Origin: an uncultured Oscillospiraceae bacterium
GTDB lineage: Bacteria; Bacillota; Clostridia; Saccharofermentanales; UBA5734
DNA: 64,000 nucleotides
Reading direction: 5' to 3'
NCBI GenBank assembly: GCA_964652975.1
Contig: CAZZCN010000001.1
Location: forward strand, 27,191 to 91,190
Of this stretch, positions 29,946 to 38,992 are shown piece after piece. Within the stretch, counting starts at the first letter, position 1. Every line of letters starts with the position of its first letter. The position numbers were made by a program, and so were the translations under genes. The notes beneath the pieces were generated by a model. That model had not been told where the DNA came from and did not search any database. It saw nothing but the letters and a program-made list of their open reading frames with translations.

Positions 29946-30817
29946 GATTTTCGCAACCTGAACTGAATAAATGTTACAACGAATGTTATTAGCGCCAGAA
30001 TCCATGCCATCGCGCTGGCATAACCCATTTGAAAGTTGTTCATGCCCTTCTGCCACAGGTAGTAAACTATCGATGCACCACTGTATTCAGGGCCGCCACC
30101 AGGCAACATTACGAAAATGCTTCCAAATGTCTGCATATTGGCTATAAACCCCAACACCATCAAATAAAACAATACAGGCTTTAACATCGGGAAAGTAATA
30201 TATCTAAAAGTGTTCATGCTGCCACTGCCGTCAATTTTTGCCGCTTCATAGAACGAGACCGGAATATTTTTAAGTGCGGCAATAAACATTATTATCATAG
30301 GGCCAAGTCCGCCCCATACTCCGAGAATTATCAGTGACGGTTTGGTAAAATTCGGATCGCCCAGCCAGTTGGGACCTTTTATCCCGATTCCGGAAAGCAG
30401 GATGTTAAACAACCCGTAGTCTGCATTGTATATCCATGACCAAAGGACGGAAATAGCTATTATCGAGGATATAGATGGAAGATAATAGATGATTCTAAAA
30501 AATGAATTTCCGCCTTTGTCTTTTTTCATTAATAGCGCAAGACCAAGCGAGATTGCCATGCCAATTGGAACCCCTATAAAGTAGAATATTGTATTGTATA
30601 AGGCTTTCCAAAAATTTTCGTCTCCGAACAATTCCTTATAGTTTTGAAGACCTATCCATTTCATTGAAGTTAGAACGCTCCAGTTGGTGAAGCTGGCATA
30701 GACCGAAATAGCCACCGGTATCATTCCGAAAATCAGGAATTGGATAAATGGCGCCGCAACGAAAAGGTATCCCCAACGTCTCTCTTTTAAAATGTACTTC
30801 GGTGCTTTCTCTAACAT
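29930..30817 (-). CDS. Carbohydrate ABC transporter permease (MalF-like)
   Basis: FYEAAKIDG; FQMGYASAMAW; start moved to ATG 30817 (GGGGG RBS), which removes the overlap with the SBP gene. Confidence 0.93.
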   Translation of the reverse strand: MLEKAPKYILKERRWGYLFVAAPFIQFLIFGMIPVAISVYASFTNWSVLTSMKWIGLQNYKELFGDENFWKALYNTIFYFIGVPIGMAISLGLALLMKKDKGGNSFFRIIYYLPSISSIIAISVLWSWIYNADYGLFNILLSGIGIKGPNWLGDPNFTKPSLIILGVWGGLGPMIIMFIAALKNIPVSFYEAAKIDGSGSMNTFRYITFPMLKPVLFYLMVLGFIANMQTFGSIFVMLPGGGPEYSGASIVYYLWQKGMNNFQMGYASAMAWILALITFVVTFIQFRLRKSDTEI

Positions 30818-30833
30818 GCGTCCCCCTGTAAGA

Positions 30834-32189
30834 CTACTTTTTATTAGCATTCTGGAGTTCGATTGATTTGTCCAATAATTTTTGCATTTTGGGCTGAACA
30901 TCCGCACAATATTTTGCTGCCGAAACCTCTCCGGACCACACTTTCGTTGCATCCTGCCAGAAAAGCGCAAGCCACTCGGAATTATAGGTGTTTTCGTTGG
31001 CATAGCCTCTTCCTGTCTCAATTATATTGAAAAACACGTCTTTGCTTACCGGAGCCTTGTTCATCTTGCCATATTCATTCTTAGCCATGGCAATTATATT
31101 AGGAACGGAAGCACCCAGTTGAAAATTTGTCCTCTGGCCTTTCTCATCAGACGAAAAATATGCCGCCAATGCGAATGATGAATCTTTATATTTACTGTCG
31201 GATGATATGCAATAACCTGCTGTACCAAGCCATGTCACCGACTTGCCTGTGTTTGGACTCTTAGGCCATGGCATCAAATCCCACTCATACGGCAGTTTCC
31301 AGAACGAAGCCTGATCCCATGGTCCCATGGCAAAAATTGCAATATTCCCATTGAGCCATCTCGGATATGCGCCTACAGATGCATCTTCAGTAATTGAAGG
31401 CATTACAAATTCCTTCAATCTTAAATCGGCCACCCATTGCATAGCCTGTGTGAAAGCAGCTGTATCAACAGTTACTTTTTTGTTGTCGGCGCTTATGAAG
31501 TCGGCACCGTTTGACCAGACTGCTGATTCAAGCATGTAGTATCCGGTTCCATATATTTTTTTGCCTTTAGAATCGGTATATGTCAGTTTCTTGGTGTTTT
31601 CTACGAATTGATTCCAGTCCCAGTTATTTGTAATAGTCGGGGCGGTTATTCCCTTTTCAGCAAATATCTTTTTGTTGTAGACCATTGACCATGGACCGAT
31701 GTCTTTAGGAAGAGCCCATAAGTCGCCTTGACCTTTTATTTTACCGTCATAACGCCAGCGGTCGAGTGATGACTTCCAGAGAATATTATCTTTTATGTTT
31801 TTAGAACCGTCTGCAAATGACTGCAAGTTCAGTATTTTACCTGAATCCGCCCATGCCATTAGGTTTTCAGGTTTCATAAAAAACACATCAGGTGCTTTCT
31901 TTGCCTGTATCATTGCATTCAGCTTGATATCATATTGGTCACTCGGCGAAATGACATATTTCACCTTGACACCTCTGTTTTCAGTCATGAAATCCTTAAT
32001 CATCTGGCTGTATAATGTCTTTTCAGATTCATAACCCCATCCCATAAATGATATCTCTCCGTTTAGCGATGTCTGAGATGAACTGGTTTTGCTCGTATTT
32101 GATTGAGATGAAGCAGGCTTGGTGCATCCGGTAATTGCCGCTGTGGCAATCAGGGTTGAAATAGTCAGGCAAATTATTTTTTTAAACAT
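30834..32189 (-). CDS. Carbohydrate ABC transporter solute-binding lipoprotein
   Basis: Lipobox ITGC; APDVF, ALPKDIGPWSMVYNKKIF. Confidence 0.92.
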   Translation of the reverse strand: MFKKIICLTISTLIATAAITGCTKPASSQSNTSKTSSSQTSLNGEISFMGWGYESEKTLYSQMIKDFMTENRGVKVKYVISPSDQYDIKLNAMIQAKKAPDVFFMKPENLMAWADSGKILNLQSFADGSKNIKDNILWKSSLDRWRYDGKIKGQGDLWALPKDIGPWSMVYNKKIFAEKGITAPTITNNWDWNQFVENTKKLTYTDSKGKKIYGTGYYMLESAVWSNGADFISADNKKVTVDTAAFTQAMQWVADLRLKEFVMPSITEDASVGAYPRWLNGNIAIFAMGPWDQASFWKLPYEWDLMPWPKSPNTGKSVTWLGTAGYCISSDSKYKDSSFALAAYFSSDEKGQRTNFQLGASVPNIIAMAKNEYGKMNKAPVSKDVFFNIIETGRGYANENTYNSEWLALFWQDATKVWSGEVSAAKYCADVQPKMQKLLDKSIELQNANKK

Positions 32190-32372
32190 TTTCGTCCTCC
32201 CTTGGTTTTATTCCTTCTTTTATTATCTCATGTCTCTTTGTAATTTCTATGAAATTTAGTTATTCTTACCTATATTTTAGTCTGTTAAGTCTGCCTATTG
32301 TAATTAATCTTTTTTGTCTATCTCGTTTTCCTACTCCCTACTTATCAATTTGGTTTTCAGACATCAGTTAGT

Positions 32373-34175
32373 CTAAATCCACCTCGCAGGCAACATATTT
32401 ATCCGTTCCATTTGTTCTACGGATATCTTTGGATTTCTCTCAAAATCTAAAATTCCGTTATGTTCATCTTCAACATCTGTAAATTGTGTAACGCAGTATC
32501 CCTTGAAAGATGGAATTGACTTTATCGCTGTAACCAGATTTTCAATTTTAAGGGCAAATTCTTCACAGTTTTTGACTTTTCCGTCGTATCCCCATCCGTT
32601 GGTTCCTTCAATTGCTATTCCGCAAAACTCCGACATGATCACGGGTTGACCCTTGTACGTGAATCCGTCTGCGAATACAAACCTCGGATGTAATGGACCA
32701 ATCATCGAGTTCTGAAGATATTCCAAGCCAGCATAATTATTAACAATATCATCACCCTTCGGAGAATAGTCGTGAATGGTTACTATATCTGTTTCAGTAT
32801 GTTCCCAACCGTCGTTTCCGATTACCAGCCTTGTAGCATCCATTGATTTGGTAAGAAAATACAACGACCTGACAAAGGATTGCTGAGCTTGATTGCTTCT
32901 AAGTGCGGATACCCCCCATGACTCATTCATAGTTACCCAGGTCATAATAGAAGGGTGATTATAATCTCTTCTGATTATCTCAATCCATTCTCTCGTAAGA
33001 TTTTGTATTGAATCCATATCATAACGATATGCTGATGGCAATTCTTCCCAGACAAGAAGCCCCTGCCTGTCACATTCATATAAAAAGAGCGGATTTTCGA
33101 TTTTCTCATGAATTCTGACTCCGTTGAATCCCATGCTCTTTATTAACTTGACATCCTCTTCGAAAATTTTAAAATCAGCTGGAGTAATATATCCCTTGGG
33201 GTAATATCCCTGGTTTAAAAGCATTTTAAGATAGACAGGAACACCGTTCAAAAGTATGTAGCCATCCCGCGTTTCAATTTTTCTCATGCCGAAATAACTT
33301 GTCACCTTGTCAATTACATCACCATTTGAAATTAGACTTAACTCTATATCATATAGCAAAGGGCTTTCGGGACTCCATGATCCGTAACCGATCCAAGGAA
33401 AAAGACTGCTTTCTATGTTAATACTTTTGCTGACATTTACCGAATTTATCACTATTGTTTCGCTTTTTATCATGCTGCCTTCAAACATAATGTTTATTTC
33501 AAGCAAGGAGTTCTCAAAACCGGTTATCGAGATATCGGTATTCACACATTTGGAATCGCAATCCGGTGTCAATCGTAAATTCGTTATATATTCTCTTCCT
33601 GTTATATCAACCCAAACACTTTGCCAGATTCCGCTATACGGTTTATAAAAACACCCGAATTCCTCTTGTGAAGTCCACTTTTGCTTGCCCCTTGGATTAC
33701 TGGCATTTTCGAATTCATCAAAAACGCACACGCATATTTCATTCATTTCTTCCTTTATCAATTTGGTTATATCAAAAACGAATGAGGAGTATCCTCCGGA
33801 ATGCGTACCTGCCATATTCCCATTTACAAAAACCACAGTAAAATAATCAGATGCTCCAAAATTAAGAAGATACCTTTTATTATGATCTATATCTTCAAAG
33901 TAGATTTCTCGCTTGTAAATTAAAAATTCATGCTTCTCTTCAGTCAGAACACCGGACATCTCACTCTGGCAGACAAACGGAACATTAATCTGTTGTTTTG
34001 ATGAGTTGATAATATTCTTTATGTCGCAATAATTTAATGAATATTTGTTATCGCATGAATATGATGTTCTGATTGTATCTGTTCTGCCGTTTTTAGCAGT
34101 ATCACCAAAAGCGAAATCCCATTTGCCATCAAGCGGTATGAAATATTCTCTTTTATAATCCGGTCTTGGGTGCAT
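32373..34175 (-). CDS. Glycoside hydrolase family 2 (short, cytoplasmic)
   Basis: HPRPDY, LDGKWDF, FGASDY, HSGGY, PRGKQ, SGIWQSVW, YFGMRKI, NHPSI..W..NESWG (acid/base), SEFCG (nucleophile); no signal peptide. Confidence 0.92.
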   Translation of the reverse strand: MHPRPDYKREYFIPLDGKWDFAFGDTAKNGRTDTIRTSYSCDNKYSLNYCDIKNIINSSKQQINVPFVCQSEMSGVLTEEKHEFLIYKREIYFEDIDHNKRYLLNFGASDYFTVVFVNGNMAGTHSGGYSSFVFDITKLIKEEMNEICVCVFDEFENASNPRGKQKWTSQEEFGCFYKPYSGIWQSVWVDITGREYITNLRLTPDCDSKCVNTDISITGFENSLLEINIMFEGSMIKSETIVINSVNVSKSINIESSLFPWIGYGSWSPESPLLYDIELSLISNGDVIDKVTSYFGMRKIETRDGYILLNGVPVYLKMLLNQGYYPKGYITPADFKIFEEDVKLIKSMGFNGVRIHEKIENPLFLYECDRQGLLVWEELPSAYRYDMDSIQNLTREWIEIIRRDYNHPSIMTWVTMNESWGVSALRSNQAQQSFVRSLYFLTKSMDATRLVIGNDGWEHTETDIVTIHDYSPKGDDIVNNYAGLEYLQNSMIGPLHPRFVFADGFTYKGQPVIMSEFCGIAIEGTNGWGYDGKVKNCEEFALKIENLVTAIKSIPSFKGYCVTQFTDVEDEHNGILDFERNPKISVEQMERINMLPARWI

Positions 34176-34222
34176 ATCTTTTTCCCTTCTCAAAAACATA
34201 TTTTATGTAATGGTATATTTAT

Positions 34223-34250
34223 ATTATAGCTCATTATTATCTATTGTCAA
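34223..34250 (-). promoter_or_regulatory. Sigma-A promoter of locus 2
   Basis: TTGACA-N16-TATAAT on the minus strand, about 50 nt upstream of the GH2 start. Confidence 0.7.
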
Positions 34251-34414
34251 TATATTAAATATATATTTTTCCATTTATTTATACTTTTATATGCATTTAG
34301 CTTCTTTTTACTTGCGACCGTTACATTTTTTCTGTTTGCTATTGTATTTTATAACACTATTGTGTATAATCCATCTTGTATAGCACCTTATTAATAACCC
34401 AGAATATTTTAATT

Positions 34415-34436
34415 ATGATGTAGTTTGATACATCAT
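34415..34436. promoter_or_regulatory. Inverted repeat, candidate operator upstream of the HTH regulator
   Basis: ATGATGTA-gtttga-TACATCAT between a TTGTAT-N17-TATAAT promoter candidate (34342-34370) and the RBS. Confidence 0.45.
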
Positions 34437-34470
34437 TAATAACGGGTTCAAAGGAGGAAGGGATACGATA

Positions 34471-35433
34471 ATGGATATCAATGATTCTACTATCAACAAA
34501 AATATTACGCTTCAAATCACAGATACTGATAATTTCGTGAAAGTTGCGAAAGCTCTTGGATCCGATTTACGGGCGAAAATTCTTTTGCTTTTGAGCTCGG
34601 AAAACCTTAACATAAACGAACTCACTGAAAGACTTCAGCTTCCATTTTCAACTGTTGCACTTAACGTGCGTGTTCTGGAAGATGCTGGTATCATATTGAC
34701 CGAGTTGCAGCCAGGCTCCCGCGGTTCTGTTATGAAAATATGCAGTCGAAACTATGACACAGTATTTCTTGATCTTCACATTCCAGAGCCTAAGGAGAAT
34801 TCAGTTAACAGTTTCTATCTTGATATGCCTATCGGTCATTATTGTGACTGCAAAATATACCCTACCTGCGGCATCGCCAGCGAGAAAGGACTTATTGATG
34901 CGGATGATTCTCCAAGAAGTTTTTATCATCCTGACAGGACATCTGCCCAGTTATTGTGGTTTTATAAGGGATATATTGAATATAGATTTTCTAATAGCAT
35001 TCTCAAAGGCGGGAAGCCTGAACTCATGGAGCTTTCTATGGAACTTTGTTCAGAAGCCCCTTTTTATAGGCTAGACTGGCCATCTGACATTACAATATGG
35101 ATTAACGATATCGAAATATGCACATGGACCTGCCCAGGTGACTTCGGTGGCAGACGAGGCAAGCTGACACCCGAATGGTGGTCCTCAACAGCTACTCAAT
35201 ACGGCCTGCTTAAAACATGGCAGGTACAAAGCAAAGGTACTTTTGTGGACGGCATTAAGATGTCCAGTGTCGCTGTGCAAGATTTGCCGCTTGAAAAGAA
35301 TGATTTTATTAAAATGCGAATCGGTATTAAAGATACAGCTAAAAATATCGGCGGATTAAATTTGTTCGGAGAAAAATTCGGAGACCACCCCCAGAATATT
35401 CAGATGAGACTTGATTACTCACTTTTGAAATAA
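34471..35433 (+). CDS. ArsR-like winged-HTH regulator with large C-terminal domain (type found beside sugar loci)
   Basis: KALGSDLRAKIL..LNINELTERL..STVALNVRVLEDAG; C-terminal PTCG, WPSDIT, PGDFGGRRGKLTPEWW, QYGLLK. Confidence 0.88.
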   Translation: MDINDSTINKNITLQITDTDNFVKVAKALGSDLRAKILLLLSSENLNINELTERLQLPFSTVALNVRVLEDAGIILTELQPGSRGSVMKICSRNYDTVFLDLHIPEPKENSVNSFYLDMPIGHYCDCKIYPTCGIASEKGLIDADDSPRSFYHPDRTSAQLLWFYKGYIEYRFSNSILKGGKPELMELSMELCSEAPFYRLDWPSDITIWINDIEICTWTCPGDFGGRRGKLTPEWWSSTATQYGLLKTWQVQSKGTFVDGIKMSSVAVQDLPLEKNDFIKMRIGIKDTAKNIGGLNLFGEKFGDHPQNIQMRLDYSLLK

Positions 35434-35477
35434 TTTGGTTTAACACAAGAAGCTCTGTTTGCGTTTTGCATACTTTA

Positions 35478-35587
35478 ATTACTTCAGATTCCGCCTCACG
35501 ATGGAACCATTATCTTAGGGTAACGGTTCCTACTACCAATCTTTTTCGGGATTTGCACCTTATTGCAATAGCCCATGTCATGCGTAC
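35478..35587 (-). mobile_element. Short group IIC intron 5' fragment
   Basis: GTACGCATGACATGGG..ATAAGGTGCAAATCCCGAA..AGGAACCGTTA..GTGAGGCGGAATCTGAAG; homologous to 19794-19894; directly after a terminator. Confidence 0.75.
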
Positions 35588-35589
35588 AC

Positions 35590-35624
35590 AAAAAAACCTT
35601 GAAAGTCAGAAAACTAACAAGGTT
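35590..35624 (-). terminator. Rho-independent terminator after xylB
   Basis: AACCTTG-ttagttttctgacttt-CAAGGTT followed by a T run. Confidence 0.72.
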
Positions 35625-35712
35625 GTTTGTTTTTGTATAAATTTTTGAATTACTATTCTTCTAATTATGAATAATATACTTTAAGGAATAGTTTGTAAGA
35701 ATATCGCAAATT

Positions 35713-37239
35713 TTATCTTGCCAACATCTTGAATGTTCCTTTCAAGTTTTTATATAGTTCCTTGTAGACCTCATATGTTTTTTTCATTTTTATCGAATTT
35801 TCACTGATTGGTGTAACAACATCGTCCTTAGTGATGAGCTTGTCACAAGCATCTTTTACGGAAGGATATAATCCTACGCCGACACCGGCAAGAATTGCAG
35901 CACCGAATGCACCGCCTTCATTGGATTTGAGTGTTGTTATAGGGCATTCGTAAATATCCGAGAGCATTTGTCGCCAGACTTTGCTTTTGCCGCCTCCGCC
36001 GCACGCCAGCATAACGTCAAACTCAACACCCATCTCAGCAAGCACTTCGCTGCAGTCTTTCATCGAAAACACTACGCCCTCCATAACGGCACGGATAAAA
36101 TGCGCTCTGGTATGCATTGCGGATATGCCAAAGAAAACTCCCCGGCAGTCCGGATCAAGGTGTGGAGTTCTTTCACCCATGAGATATGGAAGATATACAA
36201 GTCTGTCGCAGCCGACCGGAATCTCGGCAGCTTCCTTGTCTGTTATGACATATGGATCAACGCCTTTGGACTTGGCTTCTTCAATTTCGGGTATGCAAAA
36301 TTCATTCTTGAACCACTTGAGAGAAAGTCCTGCCGCTTGAGTCACTCCCATGACATGCCAGGCTCCGGGTACGGCACAGCAGAAAGTATGCACCCTGCCT
36401 TTCGGATCAATTGATAGTTTGTCAGTGTGTACAAAAACAACACCTGATGTTCCTGTTGTGGTAAAAGCCCGTCTGTCGGCTACAACTCCTGTTCCAACTG
36501 CAGATGCGGCATTGTCCCCGCCTCCTGCAACAATTTGAGTTCCGGCGACAAGTCCGGTCAAGGCGCTGGCAGTTTTATTAACAGAACCGGTAACTTCACA
36601 TGACTCATAAACTTTACCCAGGAGTGAAATGTCTATGTTCAGTGCATCAAGAACCTCTGTGGACCAGTTCCTTTTAGCTATGTCCAGAAGCTGCATGCCT
36701 GAAGCATCAGATACGTCGGTCGCATAATCTCCAGACAGCATGAATCTGATGTAATCCTTAGGCAGGAGTATGTGCCTGCATTTGGCGTATATATCAGGTT
36801 CGTTGTTTCTGACCCATAGTATTTTCGATGCGGTAAATCCTGTCAATGCTGGATTTGCAGTGATTTCGATAAGACGCTTCGCACCGACAAGTTCGGTTAT
36901 CATATCGCACTCTTTCTGAGTTCGCTGGTCACACCAGATTATGGATGGCCTCAATACATTATTATTCTCGTCGAGCATCACAAGTCCGTGCATCTGGCCT
37001 GAAAGGCCCACGCCGCTTACATCGCTCGGATTGATCTTAGATTTGCTCAGGACATCTTTAACAGTATTGCAGACCGCATTCCACCAATCCGCGGGGTCTT
37101 GTTCCGCCCAACCGTTGTTTGGTTGACTCATGCCATAATCTGAACTTGACGACGCAACAACTGTACCATTTACGTCGAACAGAACCGTCTTCGTACCGGA
37201 TGTTCCAATGTCAATTCCTATCAAATAATTCATAAGCAT
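35713..37239 (-). CDS. xylB: Xylulokinase
   Basis: FGGY kinase motifs GIDIGTSGTK, GLSGQMHG, WCDQRT, GGGDNA, PYLMGERTP; adjacent to xylA. Confidence 0.95.
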   Translation of the reverse strand: MLMNYLIGIDIGTSGTKTVLFDVNGTVVASSSSDYGMSQPNNGWAEQDPADWWNAVCNTVKDVLSKSKINPSDVSGVGLSGQMHGLVMLDENNNVLRPSIIWCDQRTQKECDMITELVGAKRLIEITANPALTGFTASKILWVRNNEPDIYAKCRHILLPKDYIRFMLSGDYATDVSDASGMQLLDIAKRNWSTEVLDALNIDISLLGKVYESCEVTGSVNKTASALTGLVAGTQIVAGGGDNAASAVGTGVVADRRAFTTTGTSGVVFVHTDKLSIDPKGRVHTFCCAVPGAWHVMGVTQAAGLSLKWFKNEFCIPEIEEAKSKGVDPYVITDKEAAEIPVGCDRLVYLPYLMGERTPHLDPDCRGVFFGISAMHTRAHFIRAVMEGVVFSMKDCSEVLAEMGVEFDVMLACGGGGKSKVWRQMLSDIYECPITTLKSNEGGAFGAAILAGVGVGLYPSVKDACDKLITKDDVVTPISENSIKMKKTYEVYKELYKNLKGTFKMLAR

Positions 37240-37394
37240 ATCCTCTTTTCATAACGTTATTTAAATTCACTATCAAACAAAACCAGTCTCCTATGATGAA
37301 ATTCAATAATATATATCAACTTAATTGTATCAAGAATTTCTATAAATAAAACGAAACGCAATTATTTCATTATATTCTATAAAATAACGATTAG

Positions 37395-38711
37395 TTAGTT
37401 GAATAAAATCGTGTTTAACAGATTCTCAAGATATTCCTGTCTGCCGCTTTGGTTGGTGATAACTTCGCCTTTTGCCAACGTGTATTCTTCAAGGTCGGCA
37501 AGGCTTAACTTCCCATCTATTATATCTTTTCCGAGTTCACTATTCCAGCTTTTATAACGGTCCGAAACAAATTCGTCGAGTCTGCCGTCTTCGATTATGG
37601 CAACCGCTTTTCGCAGTCCAAGTGCAAAAGCATCCATGCCGGCTATGTAGGAATAAAACATGTCCTTGTGCTCAAAGGAACCACGTCTTGTCTTTGCGTC
37701 AAAATTAAGCCCGCCGTTTGTGAATCCGCCAGCTTTGAGTATTTCAAGTACACACAGTGTGGTGTCATATACGTTTGTCGGAAATTGGTCGGTGTCCCAT
37801 CCAAGAAGCAGGTCTCCCTGGTTGGCGTCAATTGATCCAAACATTCCGTTTATCGCTGAAACGCGCAGTTCATGCTGAAAAGTATGACCGGCCAATGTTG
37901 CATGGTTGGCTTCGATATTCATCTTGAAATCCTTGTCCAGTCCGTATTTGCGTAAAAATCCTATTGCCGTAGCCGCATCAAAATCATATTGGTGCTTTGA
38001 AGGTTCCTTCGGCTTGGGTTCAATGTAAAAGTCGCCTTTGAATCCACGGCTTCTTGCATAATCCACAGCCATCCTCATGAGTCTGGCCATGTTGTCAAGT
38101 TCAAGTCCCATGTTAGTATTAAGAAGCGTCTCGTAACCTTCTCTTCCACCCCAGAAAACAATTCCCTCTCCGCCGAGTTTGATTGTGATATCGATATTTT
38201 TCTTGAGTTGTGCTCCGGCATATGCAAAAACGTCAACATTCGGAGAAGTTCCAGCCCCATGCATGTACCTTGGGTTGCCAAAAAGTTTAGCGGTTCCCCA
38301 TAGGCACTTGATTCCTGTCTCCTTTTGCTTGTACAAAATATAATCCGAAATCTCATCAAGACGCTTGTTGGATTCATGAAGTGTCTCAGCTTCGCTTACC
38401 AGATCGTAATCGTGGAAGCAGAAATATCCTATTCCAAGCTTTTGCATCAGTTCAAATCCAGCGTCAACTCTGGCAAATGCAACTTCACTTTCTTTTGCCG
38501 CATTGAAGCTCTTGTCCTGAGTCCCTACACCGAACATATCCGCTCCTTCAGAACTCATTGTATGCCACCATGACATTGCAAACTTAAGGTGCTCTTTCAT
38601 TGTCTTGCCTGCAATCATTTCGTCTGCGTTATAAAAATGAAATGCCATCATATTCTTGCTTGCAGGTCCTTCATAAGCTATTTTCTTAATATCAAATATT
38701 TCCTTTGTCAT
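37395..38711 (-). CDS. xylA: Xylose isomerase (class II)
   Basis: [53 protein letters not shown]. Confidence 0.98.
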   Translation of the reverse strand: MTKEIFDIKKIAYEGPASKNMMAFHFYNADEMIAGKTMKEHLKFAMSWWHTMSSEGADMFGVGTQDKSFNAAKESEVAFARVDAGFELMQKLGIGYFCFHDYDLVSEAETLHESNKRLDEISDYILYKQKETGIKCLWGTAKLFGNPRYMHGAGTSPNVDVFAYAGAQLKKNIDITIKLGGEGIVFWGGREGYETLLNTNMGLELDNMARLMRMAVDYARSRGFKGDFYIEPKPKEPSKHQYDFDAATAIGFLRKYGLDKDFKMNIEANHATLAGHTFQHELRVSAINGMFGSIDANQGDLLLGWDTDQFPTNVYDTTLCVLEILKAGGFTNGGLNFDAKTRRGSFEHKDMFYSYIAGMDAFALGLRKAVAIIEDGRLDEFVSDRYKSWNSELGKDIIDGKLSLADLEEYTLAKGEVITNQSGRQEYLENLLNTILFN

Positions 38712-38757
38712 AATCTTCTACCAACCTTTCATATTCCTTTAATATTCTATTTTTCGT

Positions 38758-38810
38758 GTGTGTGCTCGTGAACACACTATAAATTATAACACCTGTTTTT
38801 GTTATGTCAA
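38758..38810 (-). promoter_or_regulatory. xylAB sigma-A promoter with an adjacent palindromic operator
   Basis: TTGACA-N16-TATAAT (38810-38783); imperfect 20-bp palindrome GTGTGTTCA-CG-AGCACACAC (38777-38758) at the predicted +1. Confidence 0.72.
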
Positions 38811-38992
38811 TCTTATAAATGAGAATTTTCAAAAATGTTAATAAATATATTCATAAAAATATTACAAAATCCATTGATGATTCAAGTGAACTGTCGCAAT
38901 AGACAAAAAGAGGTAAAAGTTCCTGACTCAAAGATTATTCATGCTACTTGTCCATCGTTCAAGGAAATAGTGACTTTACTGATGCAATAAAG

